Shown here piece after piece: positions 34,590 to 43,112 of a stretch of 64,000 nt of DNA. How positions within the stretch are numbered: position 1 is the first letter of the stretch; each line of letters starts with the position of its first letter. The DNA is from an uncultured bacterium. Lineage in GTDB: Bacteria > Patescibacteriota > Andersenbacteria > UBA10190 > CAIZMI01. The notes under the pieces are model-generated. The model saw only the letters and a list, made by a program, of their open reading frames with translations. It did not search any database and was not told the DNA's origin. The stretch is from positions 424-64,423 of the forward strand of contig CAIZMI010000015.1 of assembly GCA_903934015.1 (NCBI GenBank), given 5' to 3'. Position numbers and translations under genes: made by a program.

Positions 34590-34661
34590 GCCGACTTAGC
34601 TCAGCGGTAGAGCAATGCTTTTGTAAAGCAAAGGTCCCGAGTTCGAATCTCGGAGTCGGCT
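34590..34661 (+). tRNA. tRNA-Thr(TGT)
   Basis: Cloverleaf GCCGACT..AGTCGGC, anticodon loop TTTGTAA, T loop TTCGAAT; no encoded CCA. Confidence 0.93.
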
Positions 34662-34875
34662 CTCGAGATAAGTTTCGCTTCGCGAAACAAAAAAGATGTA
34701 CACAAAACGACTCAACATCCCGTTGAGTCGTTTTGCACAATAATCGAAGAACTCCGAAATATTTGCGTTCGGATGCGCAAAGTTTCGGAGCCCTTCGGGT
34801 GATAACAGGGTTATTGCACAAGAGTTAAAGAACTCCGAAAGATTGCGACAAGAGACGCAAAATTTCGGAGCTACC
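34662..34875 (+). ncRNA. tRNA 3'-trailer three-hairpin element, copy A (third hairpin duplicated)
   Basis: Homologous to 35495-35627 and 38452-38585 with compensatory stem changes; function unknown. Confidence 0.6.
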
Positions 34876-34907
34876 TTTAGTGTTCGAAGCAAAACTAATT
34901 CAATAAG

Positions 34908-34989
34908 TGGGCAGGGAAGGATTCGAACCTTCGAAGGCTGAGCCAGCAGATTTACAGTCTGCCCCGGTTGACCACTTCGGTACCTGCCC
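34908..34989 (-). tRNA. tRNA-Tyr(GTA)
   Basis: GGGCAGG..CCTGCCC, anticodon loop CTGTAAA, long variable arm. Confidence 0.94.
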
Positions 34990-35054
34990 AATGTGCTCAA
35001 TAATGCCAAAATTAACTGCTTTGTTCAAGTGCTTGGAATTAAGAAATAAACCGA

Positions 35055-35399
35055 CTACTTGGTCGGTTTGTCGGGCTTGGTAGTGGAGATTAGGAAAACT
35101 CCGTTATTGAAAGCCCCCTTCTCTTTCTCGATATGTTCTTTTTCAGTAATGATTGTTGACCACTGTATTCCCGCTTTTTCGGCTATGGCTTCCATTACTG
35201 CCAAAACGTCAGCAAGTTCCTGAGTGAGCTTGCTTGCCTTAGATCTTTCGACTTCGCGTGCTTCTTCAACCAACTTTGTTCTTAGGTGGCCAAGTATTTC
35301 ATTGGGTGGAATTACGCTTGTTTCTGATGTTATTCCAAGGTTGGAAAGATGGGCAGGAATACCATCTCTGACTAGTTTGCAGTAAACAACTTTTTTCAT
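35055..35399 (-). CDS. MazG/PRA-PH-like nucleotide pyrophosphohydrolase
   Basis: KLVRDGIP, KLVEEARE, ELADVL, KGAF motifs. Confidence 0.8.
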   Translation of the reverse strand: MKKVVYCKLVRDGIPAHLSNLGITSETSVIPPNEILGHLRTKLVEEAREVERSKASKLTQELADVLAVMEAIAEKAGIQWSTIITEKEHIEKEKGAFNNGVFLISTTKPDKPTK

Positions 35400-35494
35400 A
35401 AATGAACTCCTCTCTGTGATTCACAGTACAACAAACATATATAAATTAAAATACTTAGAAAATAATGTAATAATTTTTTGTTTGGCAAGTTATT

Positions 35495-35627
35495 GAAGGG
35501 CTCCGAAGATACGTGTCTGTTGACGCGTATTTTCGGAGTTCTTCGATTCTTGTGCAAAATGACCAAACGTCCTGTTTGGTCATTTTGTGTACATTTTATA
35601 GTTTCGCAGAGCGAAACAAATCTCGAG
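35495..35627 (-). ncRNA. tRNA 3'-trailer three-hairpin element, copy B
   Basis: Starts with CTCGAG directly after the tRNA-Thr(GGT) discriminator base. Confidence 0.6.
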
Positions 35628-35699
35628 AGCCGGAGGTGGGAATCGGACCCACGACCTCTTCATTACCAATGAAGTGCTCTACCACTGAGCTACGCCGGC
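35628..35699 (-). tRNA. tRNA-Thr(GGT)
   Basis: GCCGGCG..CTCCGGC, anticodon loop TTGGTAA, T loop TCCGATT. Confidence 0.9.
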
Positions 35700-35832
35700 T
35701 TACAGATTGCTTCGGCACGCTTGCATGCGACCTCGCAAAGACGAACTTTGCGTCAATCTATGTTCGCTAGCATGCCTGATTTTTTGCGAATCGTCTAGAA
35801 CCAAGCTTTTGGGTTATACTTGGATCATAAAC

Positions 35833-37428
35833 ATGCGCAGATTCTTTCTTGGGATTATTGGCGGAATAATTGTCGTGACGATTGCCTATTTTTATGGCGG
35901 GGATATTCTGCGTCAAATATCGCTTGGAGGAAAAAATGGGACGTTGAGTCCCACGGCCACACCGTTGGCGGATGAGACGCAATCGGTTAATCAAAACAAG
36001 ACGATTAAAACTACCGGCGTTAAAAAAACAAATGATGATATTTTATTGGCGAAATATGTTGTCTCCGAACGACCTAAAGAAGGAATTGAACAGTGGACTG
36101 ATTTGTATTTGTCTTCCGATGGTATTATTCGCACTATTACGCCACCCGATAATGTGGATCGGACGGTTAAGCCGGTAACGGATGGAACAAACATTTATTA
36201 TTTAATTGAAAATAAAAATATTCGGGAACAAGGAAGAAGTTTGGTTGGTGTAGGAATTGAAAATAATAAACAAACCTTGATTTCCGATTCAACACCGCTT
36301 GTTGAACCGCGTTCTGTTTTTTCCGCCAATGACGGTAAGACGATTGCTTTTTATTTGGATGGTACGCAAAAAAAAATGACCGAACTTTGGACATATTCCG
36401 CGGAAAAAGCGCGTAAGCGTGTTTCTGTGGAGAGATTGAACCAGAATACGCAAGGTCCTTTTTGGGATGCTAATGGTGGATTTTTATTGCGTGACGGAGA
36501 AAAAGTATTGAGAGGTTCGCCCAATAGAACAGGTGCCGATATTTTGCCGATAAAATTTGATTGGAAAAATATCTTACAGGGTAACTCGATGATTCCATCT
36601 CCCGGTGGGACACAAGTTATTTATGCGATAAGTGAAAAAGACGGAAAAAATGTCAAAACGGTTTTGCGTGTTTGGGATTTAAAATTAAATCAAGAAAAAG
36701 ATGTGGCGTCGTTTTTAACCGACAAGGTGGAAATCTTGGGGTGGAGCAATGGTGGGGCATTGGTTGTGAGAGAAGGGGAGGGTGATGTGAAAATTTGGAA
36801 CATTACCAAAGACGCGAAAGAAAGTTACAACCTCGAGGCAAACTCGCGTTCTGTAATCTTGGCCGGTGACGGATCAGAAATTTCTTATATTTTGCCCGGT
36901 GGAACAGGGGAGAGAATGGTTTCCAGGGTCGTAAAAACCGGTAAGGTTGTATCGCAAGAGATTTTGCCTGCCCTTAATGATGTTTCCATTACGGGGGTTT
37001 CCAGTCGGACGGATATCATCCAATTTTTGCGTCTTAATGTTGTTGTGGAGGGCTATTCTCAAGCTGCCGAATTCCCGCTTGCAAAAGAAGTGATTGTCGG
37101 TTATGTTATGGGGCATATCCGAGAGATTGCAGTGGCGGGAGAGGGAGAAACGGTTACCGCACAACGAGTTTGGTTTACGCATGTTCCTGGGGCAATTTAC
37201 GTCGATTACTTGGTGGGATCAACGCTTTGGCGCCGATTGATCCAAGTTGATGGAGTGGGCGGTCAGGCTTCAAAATATACGCTTATCGGCGTTTACGCGC
37301 CCGCTGCGGGGGAATGGGTGTTGGCCAAAGGACGAAACCTGGCTGACACAAAAACAACCGAGCTTTATGAATTTGATCCAGAGTCGGAAAAATGGCTCAA
37401 AAAAGATATAACGAATATTCAACCATAA
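35833..37428 (+). CDS. Membrane-anchored beta-propeller (TolB/WD40-like) hypothetical protein
   Basis: N-terminal TM; DGKTIAF, SPGGTQVIY, RVWDL, WSNGG blade-like motifs. Confidence 0.7.
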   Translation: MRRFFLGIIGGIIVVTIAYFYGGDILRQISLGGKNGTLSPTATPLADETQSVNQNKTIKTTGVKKTNDDILLAKYVVSERPKEGIEQWTDLYLSSDGIIRTITPPDNVDRTVKPVTDGTNIYYLIENKNIREQGRSLVGVGIENNKQTLISDSTPLVEPRSVFSANDGKTIAFYLDGTQKKMTELWTYSAEKARKRVSVERLNQNTQGPFWDANGGFLLRDGEKVLRGSPNRTGADILPIKFDWKNILQGNSMIPSPGGTQVIYAISEKDGKNVKTVLRVWDLKLNQEKDVASFLTDKVEILGWSNGGALVVREGEGDVKIWNITKDAKESYNLEANSRSVILAGDGSEISYILPGGTGERMVSRVVKTGKVVSQEILPALNDVSITGVSSRTDIIQFLRLNVVVEGYSQAAEFPLAKEVIVGYVMGHIREIAVAGEGETVTAQRVWFTHVPGAIYVDYLVGSTLWRRLIQVDGVGGQASKYTLIGVYAPAAGEWVLAKGRNLADTKTTELYEFDPESEKWLKKDITNIQP

Positions 37429-37442
37429 TTTTTTAGAAAACC

Positions 37443-37604
37443 ATGGCAACAAGTGATTTCAAGAAAATCAATTGCACAACCTGCAAGCAACAGAACTATA
37501 TGCGTCGCAAACCAAACAAGAAAGGTGTACAGGCCGAGAAATTGGAAACTTCCAAATTCTGCAAACACTGTCGCGCACATACGACGCACAAGGAAACGAA
37601 ATAA
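37443..37604 (+). CDS. rpmG: 50S ribosomal protein L33 (Zn-type), absent from the ORF track
   Basis: MATSDFKKINCTTCKQQNY...KLETSKFCKHCRAHTTHKETK, 53 aa. Confidence 0.92.
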   Translation: MATSDFKKINCTTCKQQNYMRRKPNKKGVQAEKLETSKFCKHCRAHTTHKETK

Positions 37605-37610
37605 TACATT

Positions 37611-37637
37611 AACACCTCGCATTCGCGGGGTGTTTTT
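37611..37637 (+). terminator. Rho-independent terminator
   Basis: AACACCTCGC-ATTC-GCGGGGTGTT followed by a T tract. Confidence 0.75.
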
Positions 37638-37648
37638 GTTTTACTTTT

Positions 37649-38305
37649 TTAAAAGCAGATACGCTGACTGATTTCTTCCCATGCTTTTTTCTGGACTGCT
37701 TCTTTTTGTTTCTTATCTAAGTTATCGTTAACGTGGTTCCACACATCGAGCCAAATGATGTTTTTATTGTTTTTAATTTTGCTCCAGTCGGATTGGATAT
37801 GAAACGTGGGGAATGGAATAATTTGTGTTTTTAGGTTGTCTGCTTCGATAATTTTTGATATTTCCGTAATGCTGTCATCAATAAAATAATCAAGTTCGTA
37901 TTCTAAGAGGCGAGGGGTTTTGTTTTCATGGTTATCCATTGACAGTGTGACGTTGGAAATTTCACTTAAATAATTATTTACAAATTCTTCGGTTATATCT
38001 TTTAGTGTATCTTTGCGAGCGGTGATTAGAAAAATATCCGCTTTTCTTGAAATTTTTAACAAAAAATCGCACGCGCCGGATACGGGTTTCTGGCTATGCT
38101 CACTTGTTGAGAGAAAACCCCGAAATGCCACTGCCATATCGACCGCCGTCTTTCCTGTAGACGCCGGCCATGAATGTGACCGTTTAAATTCGGGGTAATC
38201 AATATTCCACCCCAAAACTGTTTCGCAATAATTTAAGTAGGCGATATTGTCTGTATCTACTAGAACGCCGTCGATATCAACGCCGATTTTAAGTGGGGAA
38301 GTCAT
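37649..38305 (-). CDS. HAD-family 5'(3')-deoxyribonucleotidase-like protein
   Basis: IGVDIDGVL, ITAR, K, FIDD. Confidence 0.8.
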   Translation of the reverse strand: MTSPLKIGVDIDGVLVDTDNIAYLNYCETVLGWNIDYPEFKRSHSWPASTGKTAVDMAVAFRGFLSTSEHSQKPVSGACDFLLKISRKADIFLITARKDTLKDITEEFVNNYLSEISNVTLSMDNHENKTPRLLEYELDYFIDDSITEISKIIEADNLKTQIIPFPTFHIQSDWSKIKNNKNIIWLDVWNHVNDNLDKKQKEAVQKKAWEEISQRICF

Positions 38306-38380
38306 AAGTTAATTTGGTGTTTATAGGTTATACTGTTATTGTAAAAATAGCGAAATTGGTATATAAAAACGGTTATCCTT

Positions 38381-38451
38381 GGGCGAGTCGGTTAATGGTA
38401 AACCACAGCTCTCCAAAAGCTGAACTGGGGGTTCGATTCCCTCCTCGCCTG
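38381..38451 (+). tRNA. tRNA-Trp(CCA)
   Basis: GGGCGAG..CTCGCCT-G, anticodon loop CTCCAAA, T loop TTCGATT. Confidence 0.9.
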
Positions 38452-38585
38452 CTCGAGATTTGTTTCGCCTAGCGAAACTATCAAATGTACACAAAACGAC
38501 TCAACATCCCGTTGAGTCGTTTTGCACAAGAATCGAAGAACTCCGAGATCTCGCGCGCCAGGAGGCGCGGAGTCTCGGAGCTACC
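38452..38585 (+). ncRNA. tRNA 3'-trailer three-hairpin element, copy C
   Basis: Starts with CTCGAG directly after tRNA-Trp; hairpin 2 is identical to that of copy A. Confidence 0.6.
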
Positions 38586-38811
38586 AACCACTAATGTATC
38601 TGCTTGGCTCGCTTGAGGGAATCGAACGCCGGAGCCTTGTACGAGGCGCATTTGGCGCCGAGTACGGCGAGGCGGTGGCTAACCCGAGCTCGCGGAAGCG
38701 AGCGAGAGGTGAAGCCGATTCCAAAATAGTCCGTAAGCAGGAATACTTATCGCCGAGGAACGAAGCAACGTAGGGGGGGGCAATGGTGGGCGATTCTTGG
38801 TGAAATTGCGC

Positions 38812-38845
38812 ATTAAGGTCCGACCTATAAAGGTCGGACCTTAAT
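38812..38845. repeat. GGTCCGACC palindrome
   Basis: ATTAAGGTCCGACCT-ATAA-AGGTCGGACCTTAAT; relative at 59269-59304. Confidence 0.75.
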
Positions 38846-38889
38846 CGTTAGTGGTTTTAATTTGTGTTAGAATGCATTTAACACACAAA

Positions 38890-40038
38890 ATGAATAAAAC
38901 ATTAAAAGCTTACGCGATTTATACGGGAGGGATGATCGGGGTGGGGATTTTCGGAATTCCTTATGCTCTCATGCGTTCGGGGGCTTGGCCGACACTGGTT
39001 ACCGGCGCGGTTGTGATTTGCATGACTTTCATGATTCATTTGTTTGCAGTGGAAGTGATTTTGATGGCCAAAGGAAAACGACAATTGCCCGGCTATATCG
39101 GTTTATATCTTGGAAAGACAGGAAAAGTGCTTGAAACTATTGCTTGCGTTGGCGGTTCCGTGGGGGCACTTTTAGCTTATTTGATTGTAGGTGGTTCGTT
39201 TTTAGTATTGTTTTTATCGCATTTCTTCGTAATCACTCCGATTACGGCAACATTGATATATTTTGTTTGCGCGTCTTCAATTGTGCTTTGGGGTAAGCAG
39301 GGACATCCGGTTGTGCATATGATTATCTATGGCCTGTTCGTGGTTGTATTGTTGGTGTTGATTTGGTTTTCTGTCAGTTTGTTTTCCCCTCAGAATATCC
39401 CGCTTATTGGCAATGGTTTATTGACTCCATTTCTTTTGCCATATGGTGTTTTACTCTTCGCCTTTTGGGGCGTGGCACTGACGCCGGAGTTGGTGGAATT
39501 GACGCAGGGTAATCGCAAGATAATTCGGAAAGCTTTGGTGTATGGTTTTGCGACCGCATTAATCAGTTACGTAATTTTTTCAATTTTGATTGTCGGGATT
39601 AGTGGCGTGAATACGACCGAGGACGCGATCGGCGGTCTGCGTAATTTTGGCGCGGTGGGACAAGTGGTGATTATGTTTGGCGCGTTATTTGGCGTGCTTA
39701 CCACTTTTTCTTCTTTTTTATCTGTGGGGAGAACCTTGAAGCGCACGATGATTTATGATTTTAAATTTTCCAATTTGGGTGCTTGGGCGATCGCGATGGG
39801 TTTGCCATTGTTGCTTTTTGTTGCCGGGGTAAACGGTTTTGTAAAAGTGTTGGGCGTGACGGGTGCGGTATTTCTTGGTTTGGAAGGAATTTTGGTTGTC
39901 TTGGCTTATTGGGTGGCAAATTTTGGTTCTTCAAAAAGGAGTAATGCTTTTGCCAGTCGAAAGTTGCTGTTTGTTTTTGGCGCATTGTTGACTGTCGGAG
40001 TGGTGGTGGAAATATTGCGAGTAATGAGGATATTTTGA
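38890..40038 (+). CDS. Aromatic amino acid permease family transporter (Mtr/TyrP-like)
   Basis: GGMIGVGIFGIPY, multiple TM helices, PYGVLLFAF, TFSSFL. Confidence 0.8.
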   Translation: MNKTLKAYAIYTGGMIGVGIFGIPYALMRSGAWPTLVTGAVVICMTFMIHLFAVEVILMAKGKRQLPGYIGLYLGKTGKVLETIACVGGSVGALLAYLIVGGSFLVLFLSHFFVITPITATLIYFVCASSIVLWGKQGHPVVHMIIYGLFVVVLLVLIWFSVSLFSPQNIPLIGNGLLTPFLLPYGVLLFAFWGVALTPELVELTQGNRKIIRKALVYGFATALISYVIFSILIVGISGVNTTEDAIGGLRNFGAVGQVVIMFGALFGVLTTFSSFLSVGRTLKRTMIYDFKFSNLGAWAIAMGLPLLLFVAGVNGFVKVLGVTGAVFLGLEGILVVLAYWVANFGSSKRSNAFASRKLLFVFGALLTVGVVVEILRVMRIF

Positions 40039-40056
40039 AATGTTTTTTATTAACCT

Positions 40057-40109
40057 GCACCGATCACGGAACGGAGCAGGGTTGTTCCGCACAGGATCGG
40101 TCGTCATGG
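40057..40109. repeat. GCACCGATCACGGAACGGAGCA palindrome, copy 1
   Basis: First 22 nt identical to 48346-48399. Confidence 0.7.
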
Positions 40110-40226
40110 AGAGTCCTTGCGTAATTTTGTGTCGATGATAAAGTTAACCCCGCAGTGTCAACTATTATTGGCATCTCGTATATCATTGTATTCCCTTAGT
40201 CTTTTCGGCTTTTTTCTTATATTTGT

Positions 40227-40970
40227 ATGACCAGTGCGCAAATTGAGCCATCACAGGCAGAAATAATCCTTCCGCGTCATGTGGCCATCACTCCTGACGG
40301 TAATCGTCGTTGGGCAAAAAAACACGGGAAAAAGGCGATTGAAGGCCACGAAGAGGGGACGAAGGTTTTCAAAACGATTCTTAAACATGCATCAGCGCGA
40401 AATGTTGAGTATGTTTCAATGTGGGGGATGTCCTTGGATAATTTTGTAAAAAGGAATCCCGCTGAGGTTGCCGGGCTACTCAATCTTTTTAGAAAAGAGT
40501 TTAAAGATTTAGCGCAGGATGAGGACATCCATCGTAATAAGGTGCATGTCAACGTGCTTGGACGTTGGCAAGAGAAGTTTCCTTTTCCAGTGCGCGGGGC
40601 AGTGCAAGAAGCAATTGACGCTACTAAGGATTACAGTAAATTGTTTTTGAATATCTTTCTTGCTTATAGCGGGACGGATGAAATGCTAGAAGCGGTAAAA
40701 TCGATTGCCGAAAAAGCAAAAGATGCAAAAGAAAAACTATTGATTACTCCGGAACTCTTGAAGCAACACTTGTATACCAAAGATATGCCCCCGGTTGATT
40801 TATTGATTCGTACGGGCGGGGAGCCACATTTGTCGGCCGGTTTTATGATGTGGGACTGCGCCGATTCACAACTTTTCTTTACGGAAAAATATTGGCCGGA
40901 TTTTACCACTGGTGATTTTGACGAAGCATTGGCGGAATACGCGACGCGCGGTCGTCGGTTTGGAAAGTGA
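40227..40970 (+). CDS. uppS: Undecaprenyl/polyprenyl diphosphate synthase
   Basis: PRHVAITPDGNRRWA, GH.EG, DLLIRTGGE, WPDF, RRFG. Confidence 0.94.
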   Translation: MTSAQIEPSQAEIILPRHVAITPDGNRRWAKKHGKKAIEGHEEGTKVFKTILKHASARNVEYVSMWGMSLDNFVKRNPAEVAGLLNLFRKEFKDLAQDEDIHRNKVHVNVLGRWQEKFPFPVRGAVQEAIDATKDYSKLFLNIFLAYSGTDEMLEAVKSIAEKAKDAKEKLLITPELLKQHLYTKDMPPVDLLIRTGGEPHLSAGFMMWDCADSQLFFTEKYWPDFTTGDFDEALAEYATRGRRFGK

Positions 40971-41055
40971 AAATTGTTTCAACAATTTTCATCCCCATAA
41001 ACGGGGATCCATTGTCATTAATAAAAAACCGCCCTTATATTGGCGGTTGATCTGG

Positions 41056-41490
41056 TTAATCTTCTGGATATGTGAGTGAGTCCCAGATCTCGAGAAAGCC
41101 GGACAGCAATTTGTTGATTTCGTGATCCAGCACTTCGCAGTTGTCACGAACATCCACGAGACCATTCCTGTATTGGAGATATTTTTTGTTGGCTCCTATT
41201 GCCATTCCTAGCATGGAGCCAAACATATCTTCGAGGGCTTCAATTGTTTTCCGCCTGTCATCGAGAAAACAGTCTTGGATAGTGATTCCCCAGCGCTGTA
41301 GTTCGCCGTTGAGATCATAGAAGCCCATGCGGTAGCGAAATATGCGGATAATCGCTATGAGCGAGATTTGCGGGGGAATACTATCACGTCGCTCTTCATT
41401 TGCCATAAAATATGTCCAAAGGCCGTCTTTTTTTTCAATACGGCATTTATTTGCGTCAACAAGCGGTTTTGATAGATCAATGGCCATCAT
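41056..41490 (-). CDS. Hypothetical protein (orphan)
   Basis: GAAGGA SD, terminator at 41023-41048. Confidence 0.55.
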   Translation of the reverse strand: MMAIDLSKPLVDANKCRIEKKDGLWTYFMANEERRDSIPPQISLIAIIRIFRYRMGFYDLNGELQRWGITIQDCFLDDRRKTIEALEDMFGSMLGMAIGANKKYLQYRNGLVDVRDNCEVLDHEINKLLSGFLEIWDSLTYPED

Positions 41491-41569
41491 TTTTTCCTTC
41501 TTTTCGGTGGGTTGAGTTGGAACAAAAAGAACGTCAAATCAGCATATTATAAAATGTGTTCATTGTCCA

Positions 41570-43018
41570 TTATGTAATCAGAAACAGTAGTGTTATCATT
41601 GCGATCACGAGTAACGCGTGAATGATTAAATCCAAGTGTTGGATGCGGATGTGTATCAGAATATTAATTGCGAGCAACAAAGCAATCGCATATACGAGAA
41701 CAATCGACAAGTCTTTTGCTTTTCTTGAAAAATCATTCATTTTTGCTTGCGCAACTTTTTCTTCAGCAGTGGGGGTGTTAATGTGGTAGCGTTGAAGTGG
41801 TGAAACGGTGGCTGATTTTACGCGACCGTAGGTATCTTCCGCACGTACGGTAAACTTGCCGGTGGAACTGGCGGTAGATATTTTTCCGGTTGCGACAGAA
41901 CCTGTAATTTTCAAAGGGATTACTTTGTCATCAATTGTTACAATTGCGTTTTTTGTGGCGCCAAAGATTGGTATGACAAGCATTATTGAGGTGACATCTC
42001 CATTCGGGTCGGGAAGAAGGATAGCGCTGTCGGAACTAATACTGGGGCCTCTTGTATCGATTATAACGTTTCTTTCGGGCGACAATTTGCTCACTCTTTC
42101 CTCCATGCGCGCAAAGACTGTTAACTTTGCTTCTTTTTGAATTTCGCTTGGGAGTTTGAAATTTCCGCTAAATATTCCGTTAGCAGTGAAATATGACCCG
42201 GCTTTTTTGCCGTCTAATGCTAGTTCGACAGTTGTTCCGTTCGCGGATTTTCCTCTTATAGTTGACGCACCGCTAGGCAGAATCTGGCCTTCGGTTGGTT
42301 CTAGAATTTCAGGGATTGGTAGTGGCGTATTGATCGCCGGTGCCGGTGGAACAATGGTTGGGGTTTTTGTCGGTTGTGGCTGGGTTGTTTTTTCTAGTTG
42401 ATTTACTGGAGCGTTTTTGGTTGAATTGGTTATTTCAGTTGATAGAGATCCAAAATGCTGTACGACAACCGTGGTTGTGCGGTCTTGAAATTTACCACTA
42501 ACAACCGCGATCCCGATATCGCGATAACGTGGATTAAGAATGTTTGCGCGGTGTCCTGGGCTATTCATCCATGCTTCGTGCACTCCTTCGCCGGTGCTGA
42601 AGTCGATGGCTAGGTTTTCACCTGCATATACGTAGTTGTATCCCGCGGAGTCGAACCATTTCCACGGTGTTACACCAGCGGGGCTGGTGTGCGCGAAGTA
42701 ATTATTTTTGAGCATATCTTCACCTTTCTTTCTTGCCGCTTCTTGTAGTAGGTCATTTGGCGTGAGGGAGGGAAGGCCGGCATCACGACGAGCGGTATTG
42801 GCTTGTTGAATTAGGAATGGTGAGGTGATCGTTGAGAGGTATGCTGTTTCTGGCGTAAGAGTAAAAATAGATACAGTGACAACTTTTATTGCGATTAACA
42901 AAAAACTCAAAGTTGCCAAAACTGGATGGCGTAACAAGTAGGGGCGGTATTTATTATGTTTCGCGGGGACGATTAAACCAATAGAATGCAGACAAACATT
43001 TCCGATAGTCTTTTGCAT
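41570..43018 (-). CDS. CAP (SCP-like) domain membrane protein with Ig-like domains
   Basis: YFAHTSP.G, AGENLA, WMNSPGHRANIL, VVQHFG; TM helices at both ends. Confidence 0.9.
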   Translation of the reverse strand: MQKTIGNVCLHSIGLIVPAKHNKYRPYLLRHPVLATLSFLLIAIKVVTVSIFTLTPETAYLSTITSPFLIQQANTARRDAGLPSLTPNDLLQEAARKKGEDMLKNNYFAHTSPAGVTPWKWFDSAGYNYVYAGENLAIDFSTGEGVHEAWMNSPGHRANILNPRYRDIGIAVVSGKFQDRTTTVVVQHFGSLSTEITNSTKNAPVNQLEKTTQPQPTKTPTIVPPAPAINTPLPIPEILEPTEGQILPSGASTIRGKSANGTTVELALDGKKAGSYFTANGIFSGNFKLPSEIQKEAKLTVFARMEERVSKLSPERNVIIDTRGPSISSDSAILLPDPNGDVTSIMLVIPIFGATKNAIVTIDDKVIPLKITGSVATGKISTASSTGKFTVRAEDTYGRVKSATVSPLQRYHINTPTAEEKVAQAKMNDFSRKAKDLSIVLVYAIALLLAINILIHIRIQHLDLIIHALLVIAMITLLFLIT

Positions 43019-43044
43019 TTAATTATTTTAGCACATTCGCGAAT

Positions 43045-43072
43045 AAAAAAACCGGACTTCGTAGAAGTCCGG
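43045..43072 (-). terminator. Terminator of the MVP-like gene
   Basis: CCGGACTTC-TA-CGAAGTCCGG followed by T7 on the minus strand. Confidence 0.75.
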
Positions 43073-43112
43073 CGGAAACAGAAACTCATTTGTGACTTCA
43101 GTTTCAGTCTGC

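Noticed and set aside
35055-35399. MazG-like gene as part of a toxin-antitoxin or defence locus
   Set aside because: It stands alone between tRNAs with no partner gene visible.
34546-35770. ORFs 34546-34821, 34596-35009, 35478-35672 and 35513-35770
   Set aside because: They overlap tRNAs and the trailer elements, and their mutual similarity comes from the repeat rather than from coding.
34662-38585. tRNA-trailer elements as vault RNAs partnering the MVP-like protein
   Set aside because: Only size and proximity (several kb) suggest it. There is no sequence evidence and no TROVE/TEP1-like gene in the window.
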